The notes beneath the pieces are model-generated. The model was given only the letters and a program-made list of their open reading frames with translations. It was not told the origin of the DNA and ran no database searches. DNA of 64,000 nt from Octopus vulgaris (lineage: Eukaryota). Of this stretch, positions 40,195 through 54,821 are shown in pieces. The position numbers were made by a program, and so were the translations under genes. Numbering within the stretch: position 1 is the stretch's first letter; each line of letters begins with the position of its first letter. The stretch covers positions 38,874,001 to 38,938,000 of the forward strand of contig OX597828.1 of assembly GCA_951406725.2 (NCBI GenBank), written 5' to 3'.

Positions 40195-40615
40195 CCTTTT
40201 AACTCCATGTGGAGCATTGGGCACCATTAAGAGACCTCACTCTACTTCGATTTTTGGCAATGGATTGCAGCTGTCCCAGGTGTAGCTGCCTGGTCTACTA
40301 CACTTCTTTTTTCTTTGGGGTGTCAATTGGTAGTTTTAATAAGGTGTCTCCCAGCCAACCCCATTTTCTCCTCTTGATCTGGGTTTTGATAGGTTGCTAG
40401 TTCTAATGCTCCCACAAGACTTTGTGACTCTGTCTTGCCATCTCACCCAAAGTTTGTTTACAAATGTTGGAGTTTATTGTTGGAGAACTTTGTGATTTAT
40501 CATGTTTCACATGCATACAGCAGAACCATCTTCACATTTGTGTTAAAGATCCTGACTTTTGTGTTTGTTGACATGGTCTGATGTCCAGGTGGGTCTGAGC
40601 ATTCTGAGGGCAGTT
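40195..40615 (-). mobile_element. Decayed 3' end of a second RTE-clade family
   Basis: Minus strand NTKVRIFNTNVKMVLLHACETW matches the RTE motif K.RIFN.NVK.VLLYG.ETW. Confidence 0.6.
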
Positions 40616-43600
40616 GTACAAGATAAAAATTAATCACATCAATCTCCTCAGTCCTGGAAAACTTGAAAGGGCCATGAGCGTTGCCTCTCTTCTTCCTCTG
40701 ATTACCTTATCTAAAAAATAGTTTGGGATATTTCCTGTATTTTATGAAAATTTAACTGTAGTTTTCATTAGACAGCTTGTAAATTAATCAAAAAAAGTTA
40801 TGACTCAAAGGTCACTAGCTAGCAACTAGTTTTTCATCACCATGTTATTGTTATATCAAGCTAAACATGAAACTAAGCAGGGGATGTGTTGGTAATTAGT
40901 TTTTGCTGTCTTAAGACTCTCTAGTCATTTTAATCAGCTTCAATTCTTATGGTGCTTGTATAAATATGATTTTATTATTTCACCAGAATGTTATTGTAAC
41001 TGTCATTTGTCTTCCTCAATCTATGACCTTATATAGAATATACAGTATCTTTATTTATTTATAAGATAGGGGAGAAAGGTCAGCACTCTTGACCTTTGGA
41101 CACTGTCTGTCTTTATAGGACCCTGGGTATTTGTGTGTGCCAATTCCACCATTGCATAGATGTTAACCTCAGGTCAATCTTAACTGAACAAATATCTGAT
41201 CAAAGGCATTCCAGCTGTGATCATCCCATATTCTATTTCATACTTAGTGGAATCATGTGATATGCATTTTTTTAGACAGTCTGATTTGAGACAGATTTGC
41301 CTGTTATTTCTAGCAGATTGAGTTACTGTTTAGAGGCTCTTTTACTGTAAATTATTGTGTTACATTTGAGTTTCTAGAAAGTTAGTAATTTGTCACAGCT
41401 GAAGTCTTTTCTGATCCTGAAACTGAAACTTATTCATTGGGGTAGTTTTGGCAATTTATATCATCATTATTATCATCATACATTTGTTTTCCATGTTGGC
41501 TTGGTTAGGATGGTTTGACAAGGTATAGAAGGTGCCTTGCCATCAGTATAACTAAAGAGCCCTCTCAAGGCCCTGCATTTTTGCTGCTCAAATTAATTAC
41601 CAATCACTCACAGTGTGTTCTGAGTACTTCTGTGGCAGCAACTCTGGGGAGTTACATTGCTGCTTGCTAAGCAAAGGCATGTACATAAGACAGAAGGAAA
41701 GGATTTATTGTGGTAAGATGGTAATGGAGAGAATGACAGAAGAAAGTGTTGGGGTTTGAAGTGAAGGTGAGAAAAGGAAGAGTAATGTCAGGGATTGATG
41801 TGAAGGAGAGCGGGTACAAAGTTATAATAGTAATGGGGTAGATTAAGTAAGTGGATCCCAATGATATGGCGCATCAGTCTGGCAAGCCATACCAGCGTAG
41901 GTTGAACAGTTCATCAGTCTAAGACTCTTCTTAACAGAGTTACACAGGTTTATTATTGAGAAGGGGATAGAGGAGAAACCAATAGAAGTGTACTACCCAC
42001 CTGTGTTTCACATGGGTGGGTAAAGTGGTGTGTGAAGGAGGAGAGATAAAAGAGAAGTAGGTAATTAATAGGAGGCAAAGAGCAAAGTATCTGGCGGGGG
42101 GGGGGTGTTCTGAAAGCCAGCAATAAGGACAGTGGGGAGGGAGAAGGAGGAAGATTGAGTAGGAGGAGATGAAGTGTTATACTACTTAATATATGGATGG
42201 CTATATTCCTTTATATATGTAGAAGTGATGAATGGCCAGGGTTTACACCAAAGATAAGATGTTGAAGAGAGCATGGTAACAGGAGAATCAAGGAGAGTGG
42301 GTACAGGCTACTAGAGTGCAATCCTTCTCCACTTAAGCTCCATGATTTGGGAGGAAAGTGGAATGAGGAGTAGCAGGATAGACAAAGGAGGACTGAAGAA
42401 GATATAGAGAAAGATGTTCAGGATGTACAAATCAAGTACTTCTCAGTTATAAGTAGGGTAGTCCAGTGAGTGTTAGAGATGATGGGAAGATAAGAGAGTG
42501 CAGAATAGGAACTGTAATTAGGTGAATAGATGGTGATAGGATGTGAGGGCATAGAACAGACAACAGACCGTGAGTGTATAGAATGGACAACAGATAGTGA
42601 GTGCATACACAAAACAGTAAACAAGAGACAAGTATGTGCACTAAATACTGAGACAAATAAAATTAAGAACAACAGCAAAAAATCCAGTGTAAAGTAGGCA
42701 AGTAATATTTCATATGTGTTTTATCATGCAGCCCTTTCCCACTTGGAAATGGTACAATGTGGCCCCCAATTGAGGAAAAGTTGCCAATCACTGATCAAGA
42801 TAATCTTCTGTTATTTTGTGAGATGTAACATCTTGAGCATCTTTTACCACTAAGTCTTCTCAAGTGTGTATATGGTGGTGGGGTCAGTGTGTTAGAAAAC
42901 ACAAAAGGTTGTAACAATCATTTTGAGATTTGAACACTGCATCTGCTGTAAACTGTAAAGCTGTGCTAACCACTTACCAAAAGTGACATCAGTCCAAATT
43001 AAGAAACAACCATGGCAAATCATCAGATGTTGTGAAGAGGGTTTGTATATGTAGTGATTGTAAGGGTTTTAGTTGTGTTGTTGTGTAACAAATGTATAAT
43101 ACAAGATTTTCCTTGACTAATGTGTAACAGTTGTGTCTATGATGCTGAAAGAGAGTGGGCTGTCATGTCTTCATTGAAGTACATTTTTAAAGTTTCTGTG
43201 CATAAAGCCTGTCTATGTCTAAATTATGTGTTGGAGATTATGGAATGAAGGATAGTACCACTGACCTAAGGTGTGGTGGCTAGGTATAACAGCAAATGGG
43301 TCATTTGTCTGCAGAAGCAAGAATGTAGGCAACTACTGAACTTCAAGGTACAGCAAAATTGATAGGAGTCAAAAAGTTCTATCAGCTCATACTACCTCAG
43401 TCCTCAAACCGGAAACTTCAAGTCTGAAAAAAAAATCAGAAATTTTCCCTGTAGTTGCGAAGAAATTAGGAACTGCAATCCAAGACATTTCTGTTACATA
43501 CAACAGTGAGGTACTTGATAACTTTTGTAGTTGAATATTAACTGGGTCTTGTGTCCATTTCAACACTAGGCATTCCAGATGTTCACATAGTGGAATTATC

Positions 43601-43884
43601 TACTCATTGAATTATAAGTGGCTGAGTATTCCTCAGACAGTTGACCTTTAATGTAATCTTCGGGCAGACTCAGTTTGACAAAATTGTGCCTTTTGAATTA
43701 TAAATGCATTTAAACAAATTTCGCTCACAAGGCTTCAGTGAAATTGTAGATTATTATAGATGACAAGATGCTAGATAAATGGGATGAAACCCAAGACCTC
43801 ATGGTTTGTTACCATTTAATCATAAACACTTTACAGACTGTCAGCAGACACTGTGAACTGCTAGTCTCAATCGATTTTCAGTTA

Positions 43885-44583
43885 CCGTATTTACTGACGT
43901 AGAAGATGCACTCATTTTTACAAGTATATTTCGTGGCAGGCAAAAAGACAAATTTAGGATGTTTTATCATACTGAAAGATACTTAAACTGGTTATATCTG
44001 ACCCCAAATTTTCTACTTATGTTTGATCTGGCCTCTCACACTGACTTAACAATCTCATTGTAAAAATCAATAATCACATCATTGAAATCTGAAAGCTCCA
44101 AGACAATGCATGATTAATTCAAATCAATGTGAATGTACAGTTTTGTGCATGTAAATATGATATAACTCTGCATAATAGTCCACTCTGCAGGGTGGTTGGT
44201 GTTAGGAAGGGCATCCATTTTACAAAGACAAATGTTTTTTGAAGGTATCACGTTCATTAAATTATGTAAGATACATATCGGGTACATCAGGTTATGTGTG
44301 CTGAGGAAAGGGGTATAACGAGATGATGTGACCTCTCCACATAACTGCTGACATAATGTAAGCAATTTTTCATAATTCAGTGCTAACAGGCATTGATAAT
44401 TTGGCTTGTTTTCAAAATTTTATTATTAGTAACAATTATTGTACCTAGTGGGACTTATGCCCGTCCTGCTCCCTGGCCTATTACACTGTCTCCTATCCAT
44501 AAAATAGTCACATTTGACGCAGGGTTATTTTTATTATACATTTAAGGATTAAAAAAGTGTGTCTTATAAGTCAGCAAATATGA
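43885..44583. mobile_element. pogo/Tigger-like non-autonomous element with nested fragments
   Basis: TA|CCGTATTTACTGACGTAGAAGATGCAC ... GTGTGTCTTATAAGTCAGCAAATATGA|TA inverted termini; an RTE tail fragment lies inside at ~44190-44217. Confidence 0.6.
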
Positions 44584-45980
44584 TACACTATCAATTTGAC
44601 CAAGAAGACTATTTAATTGAAAACCTTTACCTCTGAACGTCCTGCCCAGCCATGGAAACTTAGGCATGAAAAGTGGTGATGAATCTCAGTTTTACAGGGT
44701 AGAGCATGCAGCCAAGAATGAAACAAAAGAAGAAAAACAAAGATACATGACAAAGAAACAAATTTTGTTGGAAAGCAACACAAATATTTAACAAAATACA
44801 TTAGAAAAGACTGGTAATTCAACAAAACTGCGCTCAGCTTCAGTGATGGCCCCCAGTATAGCCACTGAAGCAGTTGCATGTATGCTCAGGTGATCTCATA
44901 CATTCCTGTAATACCCATGTTACTTTCTTCGCACCATAAGGCTGCCAGTCAGTTGCCCATGGCAGCCCAGGAGGTTCAACTCAGAGGTTACATATCAAAG
45001 GTCATGTAATCTTGAAAATTTTAGGCCGTTCACCTATGGGTCACAAAGGTCATGTGAGAGGAAGAAAAATTCCACTAGAACATGCATTATCCTCCCCACC
45101 TGGCCATCTTCACAATGCAGGGCTTGACCACTATGTCTAGCAAATCAATGCAGACTGTGGTATTGACTTGGGGGCTACTTGTCCCTGTCGCTCCTGTTTA
45201 CCTTCTGGTCTTGTCAAAGTTCTTCTCATAGAAGATCATTGCGGGTTTCTCAAAGGGCTTCAACTTCTTCAAGTACTTTGACCAGACCATATGATTGCCC
45301 CAGCTAGGTTTTGCTGGACCTGAACTGCCCCTTCTTTTGATAGTTGACTGTCACTTTGATCTGCTCAATGAATGTCATCATCACCCCACTGGAGTTATTA
45401 CTGATGTGCTGAACCTACTTGACAAACTCAGTTCTAACAACACCTCACCATTGAGAATGTTTCTTTCTCTTGGTCACAGAACTTATGTAGGCACGTTGAA
45501 ACTGGTGATCTCCAAATCACAGTGGCTGGGTAACTAGAGCCACAGGTACAGCGTGCTTTTCATTTCTTGTGACAGATTGCAATTTGCCATGTTGATACTG
45601 TCAATATATTTCAAAGAGGAAAGTTAAAACATGACACATGCCACACTAGTCAGCTAAAATTAAGTTCACATACATCTCACCTATGCTACAATTATTTGGT
45701 TATTTAAAAAACTGTAAATAAACTTTTAACGTATATTAAAATGTTGTAAAATGTGTTTGTGTTTAGCTCCTATATTAAGATCCAAGTCTTCTGGCTTATT
45801 GAATCCTGTCTAACCATTCAACTCATGGCCAGCATGGATAACTAACTTTAAATAACGATGGTGATGATATATATCTTAAAATGTTCCACTGTATATATTT
45901 GTTTTTATGTATTGAAATGTTCTCTTATTTTTAAAGTATTGCAATGTTTTAATCCTCTTTCTCTTTTCTTTTTTTTCCAG

Positions 45981-46203
45981 CATCGACAAAGTTCCTAAGA
46001 TCTCATCTCCAGTTTTAGTCATCCATGGCACCGATGATGAGGTGATTGATTTCTCACATGGCCTTGCTATATATGAACGCTGTCCGAGAGCAGTGGAACC
46101 CTTGTGGGTAGAAGGTGCAGGCCATAACGATGTTGAACTTTATGGACAGTATCTCGAGAGACTGAAACAGTTCATTCATACAGAGCTAGATTATCTATAT
46201 TAG
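45981..46203 (+). CDS. ABHD17: ABHD17 coding exon 2 (not in the ORF track)
   Basis: After TTTTTTCCAG: (S)[73 protein letters not shown]; supplies catalytic Asp235 and His264; TAG at 46201-46203. Confidence 0.96.
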
Positions 46204-46500
46204 TGCTGTCTATTAAAAAATCAATGCTAATCTAAATTCTTTTTTTTTTTTTTTTTCCCTTTTGTTATCAGACAGTTCGTCTTTTGACAAACTGCCTGAT
46301 TACTAAATATCACTAAATGCAGAATGACAAACAGAAAAAAAAGAAAAAAATACCTACTCACCTAAATCTTACAACTTGAGTTGTGAAACTTTTATACACA
46401 CTGAGAATAAATGTTACGTATGAGTGCTGTATGCTTTCTTCTTTCAGTATACTAAATAATTGTTATATGAAATTATATGAAGGGAACTTTTTCTTTTGTT

Positions 46501-46550
<50 letters not shown>

Positions 46551-49143
46551 TATGCATTCATATATATTTGTGTGTGATGTGTGTGTATAAATATGTTTAT
46601 ACACATACACACACATAGATATATATTTGTGTGTGTGTGATTATGTATGTATGATTTTTCTTCAAGATTTAAGTTCTTTGCAGAATTCAAGCTGGTCACT
46701 AACAAAGTGACAAGGGCTTTTCTTTTTCTTTTTTTTTCTTTTTAGTCAAGAGTCCCAGGGATTTGTGCACATGAGAGAGAGAGAGAGAGTTAGTGTGTGT
46801 ATGTATATAAGTGTATGCATGGATATACTTCTACTCATGAAATGTGTGTGTGATTAATCTGCGTGTGTGCGCCATGCTCTCATGATTGTGTGCATATGTT
46901 CATTCCAGGCACCTCAAATAGAGAATTTTTTGGATTTTTTTACAAAAAAATCTTCACTGTACCATTTGGCAAACACAAGTCAGTATGCTTTGTTCTTTCT
47001 TGCAAATGCCAATCTGTTGATGCATATCTCAGTGCACCTACAATAATAGGTACAAAGAAGAATCTATATTCAGGATACATAAGGCTGAAAGTTCTGCATT
47101 AGTTTCACTATAGAGGTTTTCTATTCCATAACTTTAGATGAGATGCATGCATGCATGTGTGTATAAATGGGTTTTTTTTTTTTTTTTGAGTGAAATTCTT
47201 TACTGAATTCAAACCATTCGTGAAGGAAGTGACAGGGTTTTTTTGAATCAGTCAGATCAGATTAATTGAGAGTGTGCATATATATGTGTGTGTGTGTGTG
47301 TGTGGATATATTTGTAGTCATGTAACTAGTGTGTGTATGTTTGCCATATGCACTTACGTAACTGTGTGTTTGTTGATTCCAAGAAACTCAAATGGATAAT
47401 CTTTGGAATTTTCTACAAATTTTTCACTGTACCAATATTCAGTATGTGTGTATGAATGTTTTTCTTTGAGATTTCAGTTTTTCTTCGTATAATTCAAGCC
47501 ACTTGTTCACGAAGTGAAATGGCATCTTCATTTTGCGGCAAGACAGTTACAGGGATTTTGTGAATATGCAAGTGTGTTAATATGTGTGTATGCATGGATA
47601 TACTTTCACACGTGTAATGGGTGTACATGTCCTTTTAGTCTACATGTATGTCTGATGTCTATGTATATTCATGTGTGTGTATGTATGTATATTTAGTATT
47701 CATGATAAACACGATGTTTTGTTTCCATTTTTTCCTCTATATTTGATTGTGGCATTTGTTTTTCAATTTCTAACTGATCAGCATCTTCAAATTATCCATA
47801 TTTTTTTTCTTCTCTCCTTTTGTCATTGTTTACACAAACATTTCATAAACGCCAATTTAGTGGGAAGGGGAAAAAAAGCAAGAATGAAAAGTGTGTATGT
47901 TTGTTTGTGTGCCCAGTGTATGCCTATGCATTACATAATTAATAAATAAATTAATATATGTATATATGAGCACATGTGTATGCACGTTTATGTGTACATA
48001 TGTGGGTATATGTATGTATATCTATCAGCTCTTCTTTGGTATTAGTACTAACAATTGATGAAATATAAAAATACCTTGCTCTAAAAGAAAAGAAGGAACC
48101 ATCGTCATGGTCGCATTTCATATTTAGATGATTTTTTTTTTTTTTCTTCTCCTGCAAAATAATCATTACTTTAGTTGAGATTCATGGGTTTATTTATTCA
48201 GAAATAGTTGTTTTACTTTTTTTGTTTGTTTTCCTTTTTGATATGTTTTATAAAATCTTTTTCTCTACACCTTCATTTGAGATTGAAAATACCAATTATA
48301 AAAATAAATTTGTCTAACTTCTGCCATTCATTGTAAATCAAGTTTTTTTTTTTTTTTTCTGGACCTCTTTAAATCAATTGAAGTCTTCTGATGCTCTTCT
48401 GAAATTAAACTTTTTGTTATGTTTTGTTTTGTTTTTTTTTACTGTATAGAAAGTTTTACATGAAAACTTTTGTTTACTTTGACTCACTACAGCCAAAATA
48501 TATTCACATTTTCAAGGCTTTCTTAGCTTTATTGATATCTTCATAATTTCTGATGTATAAATTAGTAGCGCTACACATACTATCAAAAAAATATATAAAA
48601 TTTTGTTAAATAAAGGGGGAAAACATTTAATATATTTAGTTGTTCCTTGTTTGTTTGTTCTGTTTTTTGGGGGGTAATTTTCCAATTACTAACTTATTTT
48701 TAAACATTAAAATTACCTTTAATTTTTTTCTTTTTCTTCTGCAGTAAAAAAAAGTTAAGGTTTTTAATCTTTTCCATTGAACTAATTTGGTTGGAAAGAG
48801 AGCTCCAAAATACTTGAGGGAGAGTTTGAGCAGATAATTTTGGCAGCAACAGATTTTTTTTTTTCTTTTTGTGCCATTTGCATTTTTCAAACTATAATTT
48901 AGCAAAATAATATGAGTACTGCTTAAATTTATTCCAGCAAGGATAATATTTTTGAGGAACGTACTCCATGCTTGTGTGTTTCTTGGACTAACAAGGCACT
49001 ATATTTGTTTGATCTGATTTGGGGCAAGAAACAATACAAACCAAACAAATGTTTATTATTTCATGTAACATATCATTACTATGACAACAACCAGTTCAGA
49101 TATCTTCTGGTGAGCTTATTTTTGAAAAGGTATCTTCATATAA

Positions 49144-49174
<31 letters not shown>

Positions 49175-49329
49175 GCGCTAACAAATGTGTTTCTATTATA
49201 TTCCAGTGACCTTTTCAAATTTTGGGATTCAGCATAAGCAAGGCTTTAAATTTATATGAAAAAGTTTTTATATATCATTCACAAACTTGAGATTACATTT
49301 GGTCAGAGTAATGTATGTTATTTAAATGA

Positions 49330-49331
49330 TT

Positions 49332-49371
<40 letters not shown>

Positions 49372-49845
49372 ATGTACATTTAAATAAATTATATGTATAA
49401 TATTAATTATATGTATATATTTAAATAAATTATATGTAAGTATATATATATATGTGTAAATAAATTATATGTATAAATATATATGTATAGTATATATTTA
49501 ATTGAATTATATATATATATATATATATATATATGATACATTTACATGAATTATATGTATAATATATATATTTAAATAATGTAAATACATATAATATATA
49601 TGTTTGTGTGACACGTATAAATATATATGTATAGTATATATTTAAATGAATTATATATATATAGATACATATAATACATTTACATGAATTATATGTATAA
49701 TATATATATATTTAAATAATATAAATGCATATAATATATATGTTTGTGTGACACATATATAAATATATATAATACATATGTTTGTGTAATATATATATAT
49801 AATATACACATTTAATTAAATTTATGTATGTATAATATATATAAA
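49330..49845. repeat. AT-rich compound minisatellite
   Basis: Repeated TTTAAAT(A/G)AATTATATGTAT blocks and a duplicated ~75-bp block (ATACATTTACATGAATTAT..GTTTGTGTGACAC) near 49535 and 49675. Confidence 0.75.
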
Positions 49846-51647
49846 TTTTTTTACTGGAAACTACTGATTGGTGAAAAAAATATGAACTCTCTCTCTGTTT
49901 TACCATTCCCCTTCAGCCTGTTGTTTGAATTATAGTTTCAAGAATGTTTTTCACAAACAGTTCAACTTAAACATGAAATATTGTTTAAGCTACAAGCTTA
50001 TGTTCCTGCCAATGTACTTCAGCTCTCTTTCATGGTCCTTGTTCTGCTCCCAAAGTTTGCTTCTTTCTATCTGTGCTAGTGTTGCACAATTCTTTCCACT
50101 GCTACGATGAGATAACTTAATTCCAACTAAACCCTTTCTTTTCAATTGAATTTTTTTTTCCTTTGTCGTAAATGCTGTCTCCTATACAGTATTTGCATTT
50201 TGTAATGTTGCAATACACACATAGAAATATGTTTGTGTCTGTTTGTGGCAGCGTGTGCAGTTTATTCCTTTTCAATAAAGTAGTGTTTGGTATTTGTAGC
50301 AGAACTTGTATTTATTGACAACTTTGGAAGTTTAAGTTTCAGTATAATTTGCCATAAACAGAAAACTTCAAAGTAATCATTACAATTTATACTCTTCCCC
50401 ATTGCTAAGTTCTCATAATGCTGAAAAAAAAAAATCTTCCCATTATTCAGTATGTAAGTTAAGAGTGGTATTCTTTGGATTTTTTTTAAGCTTTATTGAA
50501 TTTTTTTTTATCCCTTTATTTATTACATAATGTTTTGAAATTGTGGGGAGGAAGAAGGAAAAGCTAACAAACCTCTCAATTTTCATCAACATTTGATTGC
50601 CATTTCATTTAACTGAAGTTAAACTTATTCATCTGAATGGAATCCAGTTTTGAATGTTATTTATCCAACATAACTGGAATATTCTATCTTCTCCTCCCCC
50701 ACTCTCTCTCAAAATGTTCATTTTCATTTAAAAAATAAAAAATTATTTCTTGAGGATAATAGTTCCTGGAGTCAAGCTGATGCAGCTTTGTTGTATTATC
50801 AGCTTGCATTGTTGTTATATTTCTAATTACATACCGTTTACTTGAAATTAAACTGTTCTGTTTGTAATTAACGGTTTATTAAAATTTAGTTACATTTAAT
50901 AGCAAGAACTGAAATTAGCATATTTTGTAAATTTGTCAATTCACTGAAATTTCTGTCTATTGCTGTTTCCACCATTCAAATAGAAAGTTAAACACATGCC
51001 TTTTTTTTTTTTTTTTTTTTTTTCCTTCATTGACTTCTGAAATAAAAATTTGGTTCAGCTGGAACTTTCAAAACTGAACTTGGCAATGACAGCAGAACAG
51101 ACATCTTGTTACTGACTCTTTTGTAATTTTTAGCTTCATCATAGTTACCAAATCTTTTATTTTAACACATTTATTGAAATTTTAACTACGATATCATTTC
51201 TTGAATTTTTACCATTCTTCTTTCATCTGCTATCTCTCTCTTTTATAAAATCTTGGAATATCTTTCAGAAAATTAGCTGAATTTTTTCTACTGCTTGTGT
51301 ATCCCTTTATGCTCCTCTCTAATTCTACTTAGAACTTTTCTAATTCTTCTGTTACTTACTTGATCATACCAGGTTTTGACTTTATTTTCATATTTGTAAT
51401 TGGCACTACTACGTTATATTACATATTGAAATAGGACTAGGAAGATTTACCCATTTTAACATTTTAAATTTAGCTATATGGTTAGGCCTTTCTCTACAGT
51501 TATCAAAGAATTTTGTTTAATCCAGTGATTCCTTTATTTATTCAATATTGATTCTAAATCTATTTAGATAAGAGGGGAAAAAAATATGTATTTATATTTG
51601 TTTGTTTGTTTGTTTGTTTCTTCCTTGTAATTTAACAGGCTTAATGT

Positions 51648-51750
51648 AGTATTAGATTGGATTGGATTGGATTGCTTGTGTTCAATCCACTGCAGGACGA
51701 AGGCCTCAGCATGTTCTCTCCACCAACCAATGATCCAACGTGGAGGCCAT
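51648..51750 (-). mobile_element. 3' tip of a third RTE-clade family with an (AATCC)n tail
   Basis: Minus strand WREHAEAFVLQW resembles the RTE C-terminal W..GEAFVLQW motif, followed by AATCC repeats. Confidence 0.5.
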
Positions 51751-54404
51751 GAATTTGAGCTTGAGATCATACTGTAGTATATGAAATGTAATCTTTCCAG
51801 TAATGTGAAGGCATCAATGAAACTATATTGGCTGTAGAGAAGTGGCTTCAACTGAACTTCCCATTATCTTTCACTTAAATGGAGTTAAGTTTTCAACTGT
51901 TTAGACAGTTAAAAATGTCTATCCTCTCAGGCCAAAGCCTTACTATCATGCCCTGTAATAAACTTAACCACTCTTGGAAAATGTCTTGGCATTTCATGTT
52001 TATAGCTAAATTGGAAATATATTTTATCTCCATTCCAAAACTGATGAGTAGGCATCCTTAGAATATAACAGACCATTTTGTACAGACCCTTAAATGGTTC
52101 CTTCTTCTGTGATAACCACTGTGGCCACCTCTTAGAAGTGCTTAGTACCATTTCTGATGCCTTACCAATGATTTACAATGTTATTCTGTAATAAAACTGT
52201 GAAGGGTCATTTCTTCCCAGCGTCTTTCATCTTGCTGGTTTGTAATGCATCTGTAGCTACTGAAGCGTGACTCATCTATTTTCTGTGTCAACTTCTACAG
52301 CAAGCTGGTTTACTTTTCAAGACTTTCTGGTGCACTGAATAAATGAACACACACACACACACTCCCACATTTAAGTTAACTAGCTAACCATTTGTATCTA
52401 ATGTAAAATGCCTACTATGCAAATATAAATTGATCGTGTTAAATAACATCTATAAATTTTGCGTTCAGAAAGGAAACCTTTTTTTTTTCTTTTTTTGTTT
52501 ATCAGTAAAAAAATTAAACTTTTTTCTTGTTTTTAATTTAATTCAATGACTTACAGGTTTTATTAAAATCTTATTAAATTTTACTTTGGAATTTTCTTTT
52601 ATAAAATTTTCCTCAGGGATATTGTCATCATTTACATCCAAATAGAATTTTTAACGACTCAGTAAATAATTCCAGAGTATTCCTATAAAAAGACAAATTG
52701 AAAATGCAGTTTGTCAAAAATATCTTTATAGATACTTTTTCTCTTTTTTAGTTAGAGCTGTCTTTCAAAGTCATCCTTACATCATCTTAAAATTGAAAGC
52801 CTTTTTTTTTTCATATTTGTTTTTCTAGTTTGCTATACATCAACTTATATTATTATCTAAGAGATATGAGAAATAGATTTAAAAGTATTAAAATTATACC
52901 ATTTCAGAGAAGAAATTTTTTTTTTATTCACTCCCCCTCCCTCCCTCCTTAAACTAATTCCTTGTTTGCATTATGTGTGATTCTTAAAAGGATATGGTTC
53001 TCATGTTGTTGGTTCTTAAGTTTAAATCATGAATATCTTTTTTTTTTTTTTGATTTAGTATATAGCAAAGTACTATCTTTGCTGGGGGGTTTTTTTTCAT
53101 TCAGATTGTGAACGACACAAATTTCAGAATGAATGAAGCTTTATAGATTTAGTTTACATTTCTAAACAGCATTACCCACCTGATGCCTTCCCTACTTAAG
53201 TTCCTTCATTTCTAGATCTCATTAACTTGCAAACCATGTAAGCAATCATTCGTTAGTTTGAAATCCAATTGGAAAGAGTGCTTTCTTCTGTTTGCTTAAT
53301 TCTCCTCTTCCAGTGTACCTCCATCATGATCCAGTAAAGTCATAGTGACTTTAAGTTTTCAATGACCTCTCTTTCCCCATTCTTTGATTCTTTGACTGGA
53401 AAAAAAAAAAGAAGCAAAAAGAAGTCTTAGAATTTTCTCTAAAGAGAGGTGATAATCAAAAGAAAAATGATACATTCAAAAATATCTTTTGTCTTTGGAT
53501 TTCACAAATTTTTCTTGGAATCCCATACATATTCTTTAACCTTTTAAGTTCTGATCACGGAATATCTGACAAAACGAGTGTGAAAGGTCAGTGTTTAATT
53601 TTTTTTTAATGAGATGCTATTTCTGGAGCTAAATGTACTAATTAAACGGTCCTTTTTTTTTTTTTTTTTTTCACCTCCCTTCCTTGTTCAAACATTTTTT
53701 ATCCCAATGATGCTATTGTTCATAATGACTGGTTTAATGGGAAATCTGAGGTTTTAGTTCTTCAAGACTTCAGTGCCTATTTAAACAGAGTTTATGGTAT
53801 TAAAACACCAAACATGATGCATGAATCTTAGAACATATAGACTATGAAATTGTTTTCTTTTCTTCCTTTTTTTTTTTTTCATTTTAACTCTACATTTTTT
53901 TTTTTTTTTTTTTTTACCTTCTTTCAGTCTTTTTACTTCCTCTTCTCATAGTTTAAAAATTGTGATTGTGAAAGCAGATAATTATCATCTTCATGATCAA
54001 CTGAATTTTCATAATAAAAAAGAACTAAAAGTAAAACTTTCTGTTGTTTACTCTTTCATTTCAAATCACTGGACTGTGGCCATGCTACAGCACCACCTTG
54101 CCTTTGGTTCTATGAGTGATTTTTTTTTTTTCCTTATATGATTTAGGAGAAAATCTAACAATCATTTAATATGTTCAAGATGTATTAATCATTAATTTTA
54201 TTTTTTTTTTATTTTAATGTTTACAGGAGGTCACAAATCAAATTAATATTAAACATTCATTTAAAATGTTTGTAACTGCCAAGATCAACTGTGCTTGTCA
54301 TCTTTCTGGGATCACAATAAAGCACCAGTCTTGTACTAGGCTGGTTGAATTTGACTAACCCTCATCTCCTTGGTTTTCTGCCTAAATAGTTAATCCACAT
54401 GACT

Positions 54405-54625
54405 CCATAAGGAGCATTGGGCCGGTTTCCTGATTTCTCTGATGTATATATTCCCCACTTGATGGGAATCTGGTCTATCGCAGAATTACTCATTTTTGCC
54501 AGCTGAGTGGACTGGAGCAAAGTGAAATGAAGTGTTTTGCTCAAGAACACACCTCACCTGGTCAAGGAATCAAAACAATCTTACAATCATGTGTTCAATG
54601 CCCTAAGCACTAAATTGTGTGTCTC
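54405..54625 (-). mobile_element. SINE (family C)
   Basis: GCCAGCTGAGTGGACTGGAGCAAAGTGAAATGAAGTGTTTTGCTCAAGAACAC..AGGAATCAAA; a related plus-strand fragment lies at ~61650-61745. Confidence 0.5.
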
Positions 54626-54821
54626 AGCTTCTGCTTAAATAAAAAATGGTATTTGTGTTGGTTCTTTATATTCTCAGTTCAACTCCTACCTCAGGCAACT
54701 TTACCTTTCATTCTTCTTGGGTCTATAAAATAAAGTACCAGTCTAGCACTGGGGTGGATATAATTTACTAACCCCCATTTCCTCAAAATTGTTGGACTTG
54801 TGTCTAAATAAACTGTTTATG

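Larger units (their letters stand above)
5734..45980 (+). other. ABHD17 intron (40,247 bp, GT-AG, phase 2)
   Basis: GTAAGT donor and (Y)n-CCAG acceptor; joining restores codon AGC (Ser216) and a full-length 289-aa protein. Confidence 0.9.

Noticed and set aside
41690-42680. Purine-rich tract with short minus-strand ORFs (similar tract at 21340-21700)
   Set aside because: Low-complexity GA-rich sequence, probably decayed repeat; no coding or structural signal.
44820-45600. GC-richer block with faint similarity to a restriction-like-endonuclease LINE C-terminus (minus strand)
   Set aside because: Motifs are too decayed to call without a profile search.
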